A DNA stretch of 64,000 nt from Bugula neritina (lineage: Eukaryota > Animalia > Bryozoa), in the NCBI GenBank assembly GCA_964035545.1, contig OZ037767.1:5658707-5722706 (forward strand), given 5' to 3'. Positions 34,901 through 48,500 of the stretch are shown here, piece by piece. A program made the translations under genes and the position numbers. The notes beneath the pieces were generated by a model. The model did not search any database. It was not told where the DNA came from and saw nothing but the letters and a program-made list of their open reading frames with translations. Position 1 is the first letter of the stretch; each line of letters begins with the position of its first letter.

Positions 34901-37900
34901 TACAGGTAACTACATGTACATTGCTGACTACAGTTGTATAAGGATATACGACATAGAAAGGAAGTTAGTGGCTACGCTCTCTGGAATATGTGGCAGAATG
35001 CATGAGACAGCTACAGCTTCTGTAGCTCCTGAGACGTTTAAAGGACCATTAAAGATGGCCGTATCGGCTAGAGACTTGTACGTTTTAGACGGGAACAGGG
35101 TGATCCGATTGGACAAAGAGACAGGCGCTAGCTGGCCTCTCAGCATCGGCGAGAGATTATCAGAAGGAAAGCCTACTAGCATAGGTAAATGAGGCTTATT
35201 ATGTTCATAGCATGTCACGTAATAGCTAATAGATGTTACGAATCAGTGATGTGACAAATTTTCAAATTGATTTCTTGATATAGTCATTACATGTTGGCTC
35301 TCTACACTGTTATCATTAGAAGAATGATTTTCATTCATTCAGCTGATTTCCTAATTTTTTCCCAAAATTTATCATTAGTACAACATTCCTATTACAATAA
35401 ACCAACAACTTTATATTCTTTACACAATCCAAAATTAGTCAAAAATTTGAAGGCATTCTTCATTCTAAACACAAAATTAAGAAGTTCATGTATCAATTTT
35501 AGAGATAGACAAGTACACTGCCCAGTTATTTGTTACGGTGGCCACGGCCAATGAGACACGTGTAATATCTATAGACATTGCCAGTGGTCAGCAAGGCTTA
35601 TACTCTACCATACAAACTCTCAGTAACAGCCAGATTCCAGGTCAGTGGTTTCAAGGTGTTACCAGCCAATAGGTAGGTGACATTCGGGGACAAAGAGTAA
35701 AACTGCGTCAGGCAATATCAGATGTTATACATTAGTTCATCTGATACAGATTTTTATATCCTATTGAGCTGATAGTAAACACTTTATTATAATGTGATAA
35801 TTCAAGTCACATTTATTAAAACATGATTTTATCACAAATTCAATCAAAATTATTAACTCCCAATCCAGAATACCTGCAATTATTTGGCAATGGTACATGG
35901 CACTGCATCTCCAAGAATGTTCTCATTGTTTATCACAATTTTATTATATTAGAAGACACAGTGAGAATGTTTTTCAGCAGTATGCAGCTAAGAATGGAAA
36001 CACTCCAGTTTCATGCACTAGTAACGTGTTTTATGACAGATACATCGTGATTGACATTGTTTTATTAAACACTTCAAATTATTGTAATAAAATATAATTC
36101 TAGTGTCTATATAAAGGAACTCTGGAGTTATTCCAGATAAATTTCCCATACACCTTGCTAGCTGATCAAGGAATACCCAAAAAACATACTAACTTTGCTA
36201 CTAACCAACTTGGTGCCACTTTCATTCAGTGAAATTTACCAGAAACAACGAAAAATAAGCTGGAATCAAAGAATAAAACTTGGCATATAGCTAACCATAT
36301 ACCCATATTACCAGGTTTGGCTGGAGTAATGGCAAGCATAGATATTGCACCTAACGGCACAATCTACGTGCTGCAACCCAAAAACTTGTACTCCATGGAC
36401 AGGAAGTCAATTAACTCCAGCAAGATTGAACTCGGTGACTACGGTTACCGGCAGGTGGCCGCATCTTCTGAATATATCGTTCTCTCACAAGAATATTACA
36501 GGTAAGTTTACCATTACATGAATACAGGGAAATTTGCCATTACAAAAAACGAGAGCTCCATATAGAAACATGGTATTAGACCTTTCCTACATCACTAGCT
36601 TTCCATGGATCGATTTCAGCCTACCATGGCAAGCCGGTGCACATCTACTCTATGTCCCAATGGGAGGCAGCCTATCGTGTTGTATTTTTCCTATTGGCTA
36701 AAGAAAGTTAAGTTGGTGTTTAGTACAGCTGATGGCATTATGAGTGGGAAATTCAGTGCTTAGCAAAGGTCTAACGGTTTAGAAAATATTTGTAACCAAA
36801 TGTTTTACGATAAAGAGAGGATATTAGTTCATGCAGCTTTAGTTACTGGAAATTAACAGCAAATACTGTTCTGTATTTTACAGTCGCATGTATAGTATGC
36901 ATATACTAAAGTTAGGAGAAGACGAACCCTCTTCCACAAGACAAGGTGCCAGCAAAGAGGACCCTGGTATAGATGACACCAACATGATGGTGAGCAAGAT
37001 TTGGCTTTTGTAAACACAATTCGAAAAAGTGCTGTGAAGAGATGGTCAAAAGCAAGATTGAAGGGGGCCAGTAGGGTCACCTGAACAATGCACTCTCATT
37101 ATTACTGAAAACTGGTCAATACTTGAAAAGTACAGGTTCTAAAGTACTGAGTTTGCTAAGTTTGAAAATGACGAGTAATAAAATTTAAAGTCAGAAAATG
37201 AAAAATGCCATTAATGGAAGGCCAATATAATATAATACTATATTGTCTAATTAAACTGTTGATGTTCTCAATAAAGGTGCTATTAAAGATATTCATAAAG
37301 CTATATCAAATATTTGTCAAAGGCGTTTCGCTGTCAATTCCCATTTCCACTGCCAAAATGGCTAAAAATGAGTATTTTAACAGTCTATCAACACAGTTAT
37401 CATTTTTAACAATCTGCTTTAATTATAATATAATATCCTAAATTACATTTAAAATAATTATCCACTTTCACTTTCCCTTATAAGATGGCGCTGTCAAATG
37501 TAATAATCTTTCAAGGAATAAAATTTATGGCACTGATTGGGTAATTTCAATGTTAAGAAGGTGATTAATGTTTCAGATGAAACTGTTTCAATCACAGACT
37601 TTCCATCTAACCATAGTGTTTCCCAGCATTCTATTCTTAACCTTGATCATTGTCATCATATGTGCAACGAGAAGAATTATGAGGTAAGTTGTAAGCAGCT
37701 AATAATATGTTTGGGTAGAAAAGTTTTGCATGTTCCAACACAACATAGGTATCAAAAGTACTAAATATGAGCAGGTTAAACAAATCATGCTTCTCGTAGA
37801 GTAAAAATAATATTTTTGAGGAGGCTAGACATGAATATCGCTGTCTACTTACCACCAGCTTCTTATTTAACAAATATTCAGCCTTTGCCATTTACATAAA

Positions 37901-40900
37901 TGTTACACCCATATAATTATGCATAACACACCATATCTTAAAATTAGATTTATAAAGATGCTCTCAAAAACTGATTAGTGTGCGAGTAGAAAATACTAAA
38001 TTTGTAAGAATGTAAAGGAAAATGCCAAATAATGAATATGTTTGCACCTAACAAGTGTAGAGTTAGCTCAACCATTATAACATCAGCTGTCAGCTTGGCT
38101 GCCTGACCTGGTTATGGTATTACGAGTAGACTATTTGTGAACCCTAGCATCAAACCCTAACAATTGCTGTTACACTTCACTCTAGTATTATAGTCTAATA
38201 GGAATATGTAAGTGAAGATTGATACAACTGAGTAGACTACAGAAAGCAATTAGGGCAATCTGTGAATCTATTATATCTCTATAATACTGCCCTATATGCA
38301 CATAACAATAGTACTTATTATTCCTATTAATAACTATTTCTACTTTATACTCCTGAAGTTATGAGCACTTACATGTATTATACTATGCAGAGTGTACAGT
38401 ATGGTAAGTTTAGTAGATACAATGTAGTATATAACCATAGCATGTACACTATATATTGTATTATATCATATAGTTTGCTTAGTATATTATTTTGACAGTC
38501 TTATTAAAGTGTATCAAAATAATTCAATCAAATACATGATATAGCGTGTATGTACAGTCCACTGCTATCATTCAACTACTAAAATCTACTTGCATAAAAA
38601 CCCTTCTTTTCATACATGTGCTTTGTATCCTCACATTAGTTACCCAAGCATATTTAAATGTGAAACTAAAAAGTATTATCAGTGTTAGAATAAAACACAC
38701 AGAAATCTTAAATAATTCATGATGCAAATACTTCATGTTTTCAAATAATTTCTCAACCAGGCTAATCCACATTATTCACAATTTTTTTCAGAAAACGCAA
38801 AGTTGAAAAAGCCCAGACCCGGCCTACATCAGAGACATCTTCAGAAAAGTACTTCCTAAATACTGAGAACACACAAACACAAGACTCTGGCTACTGGATG
38901 TAGAGCCGATAAAGGGGAGACAATCTCCAAATCTCTAATTAAAACTCTACTACTACTACAAGAATCTCAGTGTTGGCCCGCTTACACCAGAATGGCTACC
39001 AAGTATCAATGCCGCCGGAAAAATACTTAGCAAAAGAATTGACAAATTATGGTTACACAAGTCTGTTTGAATATAAATGCTGTCATTTGTGATTACACCC
39101 CAGCTTCATTATTCAAAGGGAAAGATAACTCTGATAGACATTTTAGTTTGTGTATAAAGTTACCCAGGTATATAGTCATAAAATAATAATAACAATTTAT
39201 ATTATTAGCATCATAAAAAAGGTTAAGCTTTATTTATTATATATATCTGAAACAAAGTATTATGTGCACAAGTTTCATTTCAAATCAACAATTGGGGGGC
39301 TGATGCTAATTTTTATTCCAAATAACCTTTTTATTCAGCAATTTAGACTGTTGAGGACCTACATGTAATTACAGCTTAATTATTTTGTCTTCTTTGTTTT
39401 TTCTTTTTAATTGTGCTTTTGCAATTTTGTATTTTTAACTAATAATATATTTTTATAATAATGTTGTATATAGAAACTGAGGGTCATTTAGTATGATATT
39501 TAGTATGCTATCTTTCAATAAGAAAGAAAGTGATGTGCATTATAATATCTTCTAATAAAATGGGAAATTGTGTATATAATAATATCTTTCAAGAATTAAG
39601 GAATTAATGTATGTACTTTAACAGCTCACAAACCAATGAACAGTAGAACGGCAGATACTAAAACATATCTAGCAGAGTTCCAGTCACAAAATATTACCTA
39701 TCACACTTGCTTTCAACATCATCAACTGATTGATTGTTATTAAATCTCTAATCTATAATTCAAGTTGATATGTTCCCAAAGATTATAGCTACTTGATGAA
39801 ACAAAATCAGTTTCTTTCCATATGACTAGTTTGTGAAACTAAGACTTCTCAATTTTAAGTCCGAGTGAAAAAAGTTAACATTTCTGATGGGCAACATTGC
39901 AGTCTAACATATTTCCTGGCACACCAATTTTAGCAAATGATAATATAATATATGAGAGTTATTAGTTCAATTGAAAATAATATAGTGTCTTGAACACTGG
40001 TGCCATATAGTTTGCAATTTAGAAAAACAAGATTGCCAAAAACAGTATTATTAAACCATAAACAATCCATTCTTTATAGCCTTCCTATGTAACAAATGAA
40101 ATCATTTATCAGTTGACCATATCTTGACATAGAATCAGGAAACTTCAAATTTTCTAATGGTATATTGGAGACATTTTATTGAAGAAGCTATTTCAATTCA
40201 AAAGTTGCATTCTCTCGAAGCTAATGGTTAACCACAAAATACACACACACAATCACACACACGCACGAACACACACCTGAAAGGTTCACAATTGGCTGTA
40301 ATATAAAGCAGTAGCGAAAAAATATTACTAAGCACATTTTTCTTACAAATAATATAATATTGGGAGAAATACTCATCTAAGAGCTTAATTAGCTGTATAT
40401 ATGATTTTATGCACAGTTACCTTGTTCATATTGTCAGGCTCAAACCAATAATCCATACACAAGACCATACTTTTCAAGTCATAGATGGTCATCACTGCTT
40501 CATACCGTGACAGTCCTAAATTAATTAAACATAGTAAAACTGTTCCCATAATCTAGCAAAAAATTATTAAACTATTATTTTGAAAAGTTTTGTTTTAAAT
40601 GTCTTTTTCGAGTACTTAAAAATATAAGCATTCAATAAAACTGAATTGTTTTTTTAAAACATTCTTTTTAAAAAAAAACTTAAACATATGAATTCCTGAT
40701 TCTATTAATGCCCATTAATGCTAATGCTCATTGCTCAACAACTAAATATTTGACAAAAAAACTATGGCACAAAACATTAAATTATGACTCATACAACAGA
40801 ACACCTGCACTGACCTGACATCTCATAGAAGCGCAGATCACTTTGACTGGTTGACACAACTATGCAGTTGACATTGGGCATGGCAGCTAAGTCTGTGAAG

Positions 40901-43900
40901 TATATGGAAACAGCTTTGTTAGCTTCCAAGTTGTGTACTCTTAGACAATCCATGTCTTGCTTCCAGAAGCAAACCGTACCTGCAACAGCATAAACATAGA
41001 AATATATTACACAAATATTTTAGTTTTTGACTTAAACACAATTTCTTAACAAAAAAAATGTTTGCATTTCTGTACATCTTTTGATAAATTTAAGGATTGC
41101 CTGTGGCCTCGTAATTTTGGTATCATTAAAACAGCTGAGATGCACTAAATATAGCTAGTACAGAAATATATGCATCAGAGAGCTATACTCCTCAACACAT
41201 AGAATGAAACAGTGGTCTCAAATCGAGTTTAATGATAGCATAAGATATCATATGGTCACTATTGATGCCACCAGTATTGGAAAGCACATGTATAAAATCT
41301 ACAGTTGACTACAAGAAAAGCTCACCATCCTGACTGAGAGAAATGTACCTTCCAGATCTGACGTCCCATCTCTCATTTCTGGTGCCTCTGTTCAGCAGAG
41401 TAGGAGTGAAACGTATTCTAAATATCAATTAACAGCACTTGAAAATGATCACATGCTACAGGCTTCATGACTTGTGAAAACATGTGTGCTCCAGTATTGG
41501 AATTATCTTTTAAAGATACATAAAATCTAAACTGCATACTTTAGTAGTGAGTAACAGAGATTGACGAAGTTTGGGGAGATAACTCTTAACAGTCTGCATA
41601 TGCTTTAGAAATCTAAAAAAGCACTTTCTAAACTTTTAACTAGAGAAATATTGCATTAAACGTGTTAAATATATAAACTAATTATTGTGAACAGTGTCAA
41701 ACCTGATAATAAAATTGTGATGACGGGAGATTATGGTGGAAGTGACATCATCAGGGAGTGGGTTGTCATTCTTGGTTGACTGCATGTGATCTTTCTTCTG
41801 CAACTCGCAGAGTAAGAACGAGATGTACTCGCTCCAAGTGATCACTTCGTCACAGTTCGAATCTATCTTCATAAACATCATCATCAACTCTCGCTCACTC
41901 ACCTAAAACAGGTACATGACAGCAAAAAAACTCAAGAAACATCAAATAAATTCGGTTGTAAGAGAAAAAAATTAAAAGTTGTAAAATGATATGTTAAATA
42001 AAGAACAACTAGAAAACAATGTTATTATAAGGGGTGACTTCAGAACAACCAAGAAATAAGACAACTTCTAATTAAGATTAAATTCGCACTTAGATGTAAT
42101 ATTTGCAATGAATGTGACCCTTTCATGATATTATTTGATTTCAACAACTTTCATTAGAAAATAACTCCACCATCATATGGAGAGAATTCTATTATAGTCT
42201 ACATAAAGACTATAATACAGGTGTGTATAGTATTTATGTCTCCCGAACCCCAAATCAAAATTTGACAGGAAATATAAATGTAAGCAGTAATATATTTCAG
42301 GATCACACGATTCAGTGAGACTGTATCAACCAGCAAAGAAAAACACGTGTTATAATACAATATTCATGATATCCAAACTCAAACTACAAACATGTGTTAT
42401 AATCCAATATTCATGACATCACCACGAGCAACGCTGACCAAAGCTCAAAACAAACCTGGTGCCCGAGAACTGCCTGCAGGACCATCTTGAAGGTGTTGAA
42501 ACACAGCGGACCTTCTTCCTCTTCGGCAATCTTAAACACGTACTCGAGGCGAGCCATGCACTTAGCTGACATGTCATCTAGGTGAACCGTTTGAGGGGGA
42601 GGGGGCGTAGAGGAGAGAGAAGTGTCACTGTCAAACGTCGGGTTCATTGCTTCAAGTTTCCTGTGACATCACAAATATCTCTAAAGCATCGCATCTTGAA
42701 GATGCAACTTTTACTAAAGGATATCATGCAAAACACTCTTTCAGAGTTTTAACTGAAAGCTTTAAAAATGAAGATCTTAACTGTTCTTCACAAATATTAA
42801 AAAATAGGACATCATATTTATTGAGAGAGTAGTGACAATAAAAGCATTCTTTCAAATTAAATTTGATTCAGTATCGTAAAAAGGTTGCAATTCTTTACAG
42901 TTGGGCAAAAAAGCTTCAGTAAGCGTAAAAAGGTTTTTGATGGAATTATTTACCCCCTTTACAGTTTAGATGAGTTCGAAGATTTCAAACAAGAAACTGT
43001 AAGAGACAACTTCAAAAATAAATTCTAACTGAGTACTGCCATCTGCTAGAAGCTGATACACATCCTAAAACACTATGCATGCCTACAGTGAACAGTGAAA
43101 TCGTCAAGTAGTCATTTCCACTCACAATCTTTGAGACACGCTCACGGGCAGATCCTTCAAGTTTCCAGAAAAAGACGCAGCAAATGAGCTGTAATCCAGC
43201 GTCTCAGTAGAACTTTCATCCCAGATGGAGGTGCTCCAGCCCTCACCTTAACACACAATCAAAATGGCTCTCCAATGGTGATAAATACTTTAAAAGATCC
43301 TTTATTTTAAATAATCCAACAGAGTTCTGACTTTTTTTCCCAGTTTTCTTCATGCCTACTTATTATATAGCTAGTATTAACGCCGAATTCCGCAACGCAT
43401 TTTCATGTCTGTGATATATAATAAATAAATAAATAAATAAATCAATCAATTAATCAACTCATAGCTTTGTGTAGCAAAAGAACAATTTGACTTATAAATG
43501 ATATTTTATACCTGATCTTTTTGAAATGGCAGATTTGGTTTTCATAGATCTTGCTTTTCCAGACCTGACTGTAGGTAAAAGACTTCTTTCAACAAAAGTC
43601 GTCTGCTTACTAGCCAGCCGTTCAGCATTCTGCAGCCTACCGGAAGATCTGTAGGAAGACTTACTCTTCAGCGCCGGCCGAAGGGCTGGTTTACTCTTGC
43701 TGGAGCCTTTTACAGACTTAGCAAAGTGTACGCTCACCTTAGGAGCTTCTGATGTGGAAGGTGGAGGAGATGCGGGGCCTTCAGCGGCCTGCCCCGCACC
43801 TCTTCTAGCTATCGGAGACCTGGCAGACGCGTTACCATACAATCTTGGTAGATACTTGCCACTGTCTGCATAATGAGAAAGTTTAGAATGCCACAGATCA

Positions 43901-43923
43901 TTTCTTCGAGTGACAAAAGACAT
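7907..43923 (-). CDS. EF-hand plus WD40-repeat protein, WDR49(CFAP337)/EFCAB8/WDY-like; 3' end outside the window
   Basis: 22 phase-compatible exons: 43923-43512, 43246-43126, 42660-42456, 41902-41703, 41417-41326, 40979-40815, 40515-40421, 27084-26926, 26304-26122, 25474-25276, 24454-24304, 23941-23773, 22942-22805, 16405-16176, 15993-15847, 15457-15212, 14386-14209, 13846-13773, 9930-9774, 9334-9198, 8599-8482, 8092-7907 (3762 nt). EF-hand FMKIDSNCDEVITWSEY; WD blades such as RLITGGRDGSVKIWN and LLTASYDGDLMVWS. The exact paralogue is not resolved. Confidence 0.88.
10062..13643 (+). mobile_element. Decayed Academ (AcademX-type) DNA transposon
   Basis: About 150-bp imperfect TIRs with TAG...CTA termini (TAGTCTGGCAGAA / TTCTGCCAGACTA) and 3-bp TSD TAA. 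Broken coding remnants: DREGDWALQL (~11290), XPG-like HGLSGCD (~12240), LPATDEA (~12500), Cys-rich CFC..C..C..CTEFCPC..C (~12955-13065). Confidence 0.8.
11720..12200 (+). mobile_element. 5'-truncated RTE-clade LINE fragment inside the Academ element
   Basis: Degenerate RTE C-terminal motifs (LMY..QTW, MKML, LQWYGHVRRR, RKRGRPKKR) with stops and frameshifts. Boundaries approximate. Confidence 0.8.
14480..14930. repeat. Degenerate (AGAGT/AAAGT/AAAGC)n simple repeat split by the tRNA-like insert
   Basis: Pentamer periodicity at about 14480-14610 and 14820-14930. Confidence 0.65.
14725..14795 (+). pseudogene. tRNA-like element (tRNA pseudogene or SINE head)
   Basis: Acceptor stem GCCTCCG/TGGGGGC, D arm GTGT/GCAC, T arm TTGGG-TTCGATT-CCCAG, T6 terminator at about 14800. 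The anticodon arm is defective (mismatch, 6-nt loop TTGCAA). Confidence 0.7.
17713..21610 (-). CDS. Orphan class A (rhodopsin-like) GPCR, 399 aa, nested in an intron of the WD40 gene
   Basis: 7 GT-AG exons: 21610-21434, 20899-20723, 20117-19990, 19368-19232, 19047-18893, 18698-18543, 17982-17713 (1200 nt, no internal stop). TM1 GILFN, TM2 FLISLTIGD, C3.25, TM3 SRLIAVRWPL, TM4 W..P, TM5 P..Y, TM6 CLP, TM7 NPLIY. Confidence 0.9.
22400..22790. repeat. Degenerate (ATAAC/ATAAT)n simple repeat
   Basis: Pentamer-periodic, G-poor tract. Confidence 0.8.
23423..23592 (-). mobile_element. tRNA-derived SINE (same family)
   Basis: Reverse complement of the head, core (GGAGCAATTATGACTGGATG on the + strand) and tail. 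Confidence 0.8.
24631..25049. mobile_element. Foldback MITE with long TIRs
   Basis: GGTCATTTTACTTAATTTAGTAC... / ...GTACTAAATTAAGTAAAATGACC; imperfect arms of about 170 bp; 6-bp TSD GGAATG (24625-24630, 25050-25055). Confidence 0.85.
26318..26490. mobile_element. Small MITE
   Basis: Imperfect inverted repeats of about 50 bp (TCTATAAGCAG...GAGTGCAGTA / TACTGCACTC...CTGCTTATAGA); TTCCAA occurs on both flanks. Confidence 0.7.
27975..38903 (+). CDS. Type I membrane protein with NHL-like beta-propeller ectodomain, 406 aa, nested antisense in an intron of the WD40 gene
   Basis: 8 GT-AG exons: 27975-28035, 30776-31006, 34906-35184, 35503-35640, 36315-36501, 36884-36989, 37577-37683, 38792-38903 (1221 nt). 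Signal peptide MKMRVKVLLILYLFYGAMCG; NHL-type GYVDG..ARF..GNYMYIADY.CIR; TM IVFPSILFLTLIIVIICA followed by RRIMRKRK; short tail. Confidence 0.82.
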
Positions 43924-45537
43924 TGATAAAACTGAAACTGTAACAGATACTTTAAAAAGTAGCATGGAGGCAGCTCAAAATGTTGCAATAAATAATAACA
44001 AACATCGATTACAAGAATTGGGTTGTGCAAATCATAATGTAAAGCACAACAGACAGGGGTTTTTGAAACAAATATAAACTAAAAGTGCACAAAATATTGA
44101 AACATAGTGTTAGTATTATAAATTATACTTTCTGGGATATATCATAGCATATTCGTAGATAATATTATAAATATTACTATAACCCATTTGGGCATCTGAA
44201 AAGCTGGGGCCACACATGGTGTGAATTGAACAGCACTTATGACCTTGAAACCTAATAATACTCTTTAATGTTTTAAGGTCGGTGCAAATTATTACATTAT
44301 TGAGATCGCTAAAATAATTTCAGAGAAATGCAAATTATTCTAAAGCATGTTGGGAAGTCTCATGACAACTAAAGAATTCACTGTTCATAATGATAATGAT
44401 AATGACCTGTGCATTTTCCCTACAAGCTATCAACTACCTTGAACAGTAGCCTAATATAATACTACAAGATGATAATACCTTCTGTAATGTCAAGGTAAGT
44501 TCTTGGTTTAGTTCTCCTACTGGATGGTAACATCATCAACAATGAAATCCAAATATTGTGTCTTTCTTTGATCAAATTTTAATTAAAGTAACAATGGCAA
44601 TTACTGAGTAGTAAATGAGATTTACTGAAACATTAGATTTGAGTCTTTGTAAATGGAGTTGAGTAGAACAATGGGAATCCTTCAACTGAATTTCTGTATT
44701 GCATAATGTTTGATTAGCTATAAGTTTCAATAAAAGTAACTAATAGCTCATATGTATATCTATTTGTAACTCTTTGAAAACAACCAATCAAAAATTGTCC
44801 AGTTATCCCAAATTACAAGTATGAATTTCTAGCACAAATAATATAATATAACACAGCTGACAATATAACAAAATAGGGTTGAACTTTGATCTACACTATG
44901 GCTAGGATATATTATAAAATAAGTTTAAATTTGTTTTTAAATTCTCATCTAATTTTTTTATTATCATCTAGTGAATCAATAAAATTCCATAAAGCATAGA
45001 GAAAAACATTTGATTAACTACTGCATATTTTTGCATCCAGTAAACTAAAACAAAGGTTTATAGTTGGAGAAAAATTCAGTATACATGTAAAAGTAACATT
45101 CCTGAAAATTATAGATAATATCAATGGACGGAAATTGATTTATAGAAAGATAGTTTTGCTAGCTACAATTACAAGGCAATATATAGATATTGTTGTATAC
45201 TGGATATTGAATAAAATGTGGGCAAAATTGCAGGATAAAGAAAGACAACTCCCTAACTACATTCTTTAATATTCCAAGATTTATAAGAAATCAGACTGTA
45301 TGCAACAAGTAAACTTGAAAACAACTTTTTAGAATATTATTATAAGCCAAGACAACAAACTTATTGAGCAAACAACTCCTACAACTTCAATTCAAAAAAA
45401 CATTTTGACACTTGAAGATGTCAAGTGCCAATAAAAAACCACCTGCTAAGTATGCCATTAGAAGAAGAGCAAGTAATAAAACATGTTTACAGTTGGTGTT
45501 GAGTACAGCTGTCATTTGTGAGTGTATGGGGCACCTA

Positions 45538-48500
45538 CTATGGAGTGGACACCTGCCTAAGTATGTCAATACTTCCTGTTATGTTTGCATCCTGTGACAC
45601 CATATCAGCTTTGAGAGCATTGAGGATTCCATCCACTACAGCAGTGTTTGCTCTAAAAGTTATACACAAAACAAACACTATGACAAACAAATCTACAATT
45701 CAATACACAGTTATCACCAACATTGTACCCTCTCTCTCACTGACAACGGTAAGAAAAGAGGTGATGTTATTGTATAATAAGTTTTACAGTGGAAACGATT
45801 TGTTCTCATGTTATATGCAGCATTTTTGCAAATGGCAACTATATTCAAATATTATTATATAGAACTATGGTCACCTAATTAGATATAAACAAAATATTAA
45901 CTGCTGGTATAAATTTGTTTGAATTTTCTCAAAATATAGATTTATAATATCAAGTCTTTAAGCAAATTGAAGATAACAAATTTTTTTTTAAAAGCTGAAT
46001 GTGTTTTGGAATTATCTTCTTCCAGGTGGTATGCAAACTCACTAAAACCTAGACTGTGAACGAAATGACATACTTTCACATAAAAGTTGTCATAGCCTTT
46101 GCTATTTCATACTGATATATTTCACATTCTAACATACTGAAATAGTTGGCTTTTAAGAAACCAAATGAAAGTAAAAGTTGAAAACTTCTCAAGAATAAAG
46201 AAAACAATGAACATTAAGAATAACGAAAGAAGCTCAACTATTAGTCAGAAAGAGATGATTAATAAATTGGGACCAGCATTACCTACAGCAAAGCTCAGCA
46301 TACCTTGCATATACCATTGCTTACTGTATAGCAGAATGCATGCGGTGATGTACCAAGACTATTTATTACCTGTTGTACAAGTTTACTAAACATGGCCGTG
46401 CAGTAAGCTGGAATAAAACAAGTCAAAGGGTACAGAAAATGGTTCAGATTTGTGAAAAAACTCAACTGAAAAAAAAGGAGAGTGGAAAATATCTAATATT
46501 TAAAATATATAAGATGAAAATTTTCATAAATTTCCTATAAGACTTATATAATCTAATATGGACACCTTTTGTCAAATGATAGAATAGCTACTTTCATATC
46601 CATAAACCTGTGTGGTGAATAGACTGATGCTGTTGGATGAGTGCTCTTATTGCATAAACACTGGTGGAATAAACCAATCAGCATAGACGTTATAAAACTT
46701 GAATCTTACCTGTGAGCTGAAGTGTCTCCCCCTCCACCAACTTGACATCTAAGAAACTTCACTTCAGCAGCCAATATATCAACTTCTCTTTTATACTCGG
46801 AGGTCTTTGCAACCATTTCATTAGTCTGTAACAAACTAGCAACACTAACGCAAACTGGCAATCGCTACATAAGCTAATATTTATCACTTGTGAATGTGCA
46901 TCCATTGTTGGCTTACTATATAATGGCTAAAGTTTGAGAGTTACCGAAACCATCACCAGGATTTGTAAGGCAGAGAAATGAGAGAAACAAAGAGTCACTA
47001 GGAGTACACCAGGCTAAACCATTTTTTACTTTTCCATAAAGTAGAATATATTAGAAAGTAGAGTATACTATACAGAGTAGAATATATTAGAGAGTAGAGA
47101 ATACTATACAGAGTAGAATATATTAGAAAGTAGAGTATACTATACAGAGTAGAATATATTAGAGAGTAGAGTATACTATACAGAGTAGAATATATTAGAA
47201 AGTAGAGTATACTATACAGAGTAGAATATATTAGAGAGTAGAGTATACTATACAGAGTAGAATATATTAGAAAGTAGAGTATACTATACAGAGTAGAATA
47301 TATTAGAAAGTAGAGTATACTATACGGAGTAGAATATATTAGAGAGTAGAGTATACTATACAGAGTAGAATATATTAGAGAGTAGAGTATACTATACAGA
47401 GTAGAATATATTAGAGAGTAGAGTATACTATACAGAGTAGAATATATTAGAGAGTAGAGTATACTATACAGAGTAGAATATATTAGAGAGTAGAGTATAC
47501 TATACAGAGTAGAATATATTAGAGAGTAGAGTATACTATACAGAGTAGAATATATTAGAGAGTAGAGTATACTATACAGAGTAGAATATATTAGAGAGTA
47601 GAGTATACTATACAGAGTAGAATATATTAGAAAGTAGAGAATACTATACAGAGTAGAATATATTAGAGAGTAGAGTATACTATACAGAGTAGAATATATT
47701 AGAGAGTAGAGTATACTATACAGAGTAGAATATATTAGAGAGTAGAGTATACTATACAGAGTAGAATATATTAGAGAGTAGAGTATACTATACAGAGTAG
47801 AATATATTAGAGAGTAGAGTATACTATACAGAGTAGAATATATTAGAGAGTAGAGTATACTATACAGAGTAGAATATATTAGAGAGTAGAGTATACTATA
47901 CAGAGTAGAATATATTAGAGAGTAGAGTATACTATACAGAGTAGAATATATTAGAAAGTAGAGTATACTATACAGAGTAGAATATATTAGAAAGTAGAGT
48001 ATACTATATAAAGTAGAATATATTAGAGAGTAGAGTATACTATACAGAGTAGAATATATTAGAGAGTAGAGTATACTATACAGAGTAGAATATATTAGAG
48101 AGTAGAGTATACTATACAGAGTAGAATATATTAGAAAGTAGAGTATACTATACAGAGTAGAATATATTAGAGAGTAAAGTATACTATATAGAGTAGAATA
48201 TATTGCAGCATTTAACATAATAATAAAAAAGGAGACAAAATATCTGTATGTAACCTAAATATGAGAATCACTATTATATATCGCATCATATCAATATTAT
48301 ATAATGTTATATTAGTATAGTATATCGTTATCATAAACTACAGTGTATTAGTTTATCATGTCATATTATCCCAAATGCTAAACCTCTGAGACTTATACAC
48401 AAACCTGCCGAGCTAGCGAATAGTTCTCCTCGTCCAACTGAGCAACTCTCTCTCGCAACTTCCTGTGAACATTCTCATTCTTCATTCCCTCACCGTCCAT

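Noticed and set aside
37537-37764. ORF-track reading ..DHCHHMCNEK.. as a PAN/apple-like motif
   Set aside because: Splice phase puts this exon in the frame encoding the TM helix.
38883-38903. beta-TrCP degron in the NHL protein tail
   Set aside because: DSGYWM* lacks the second Ser of DSGxxS.
47041-48204. CRISPR-like array (36-bp repeats)
   Set aside because: Head-to-tail repeats with no unique spacers, no cas genes, eukaryotic context.
46998-48218. 406-aa ORF (YSTLYSILYSLI)n
   Set aside because: Artefact of a stop-free 36-bp minisatellite inside an SDCCAG8 intron.
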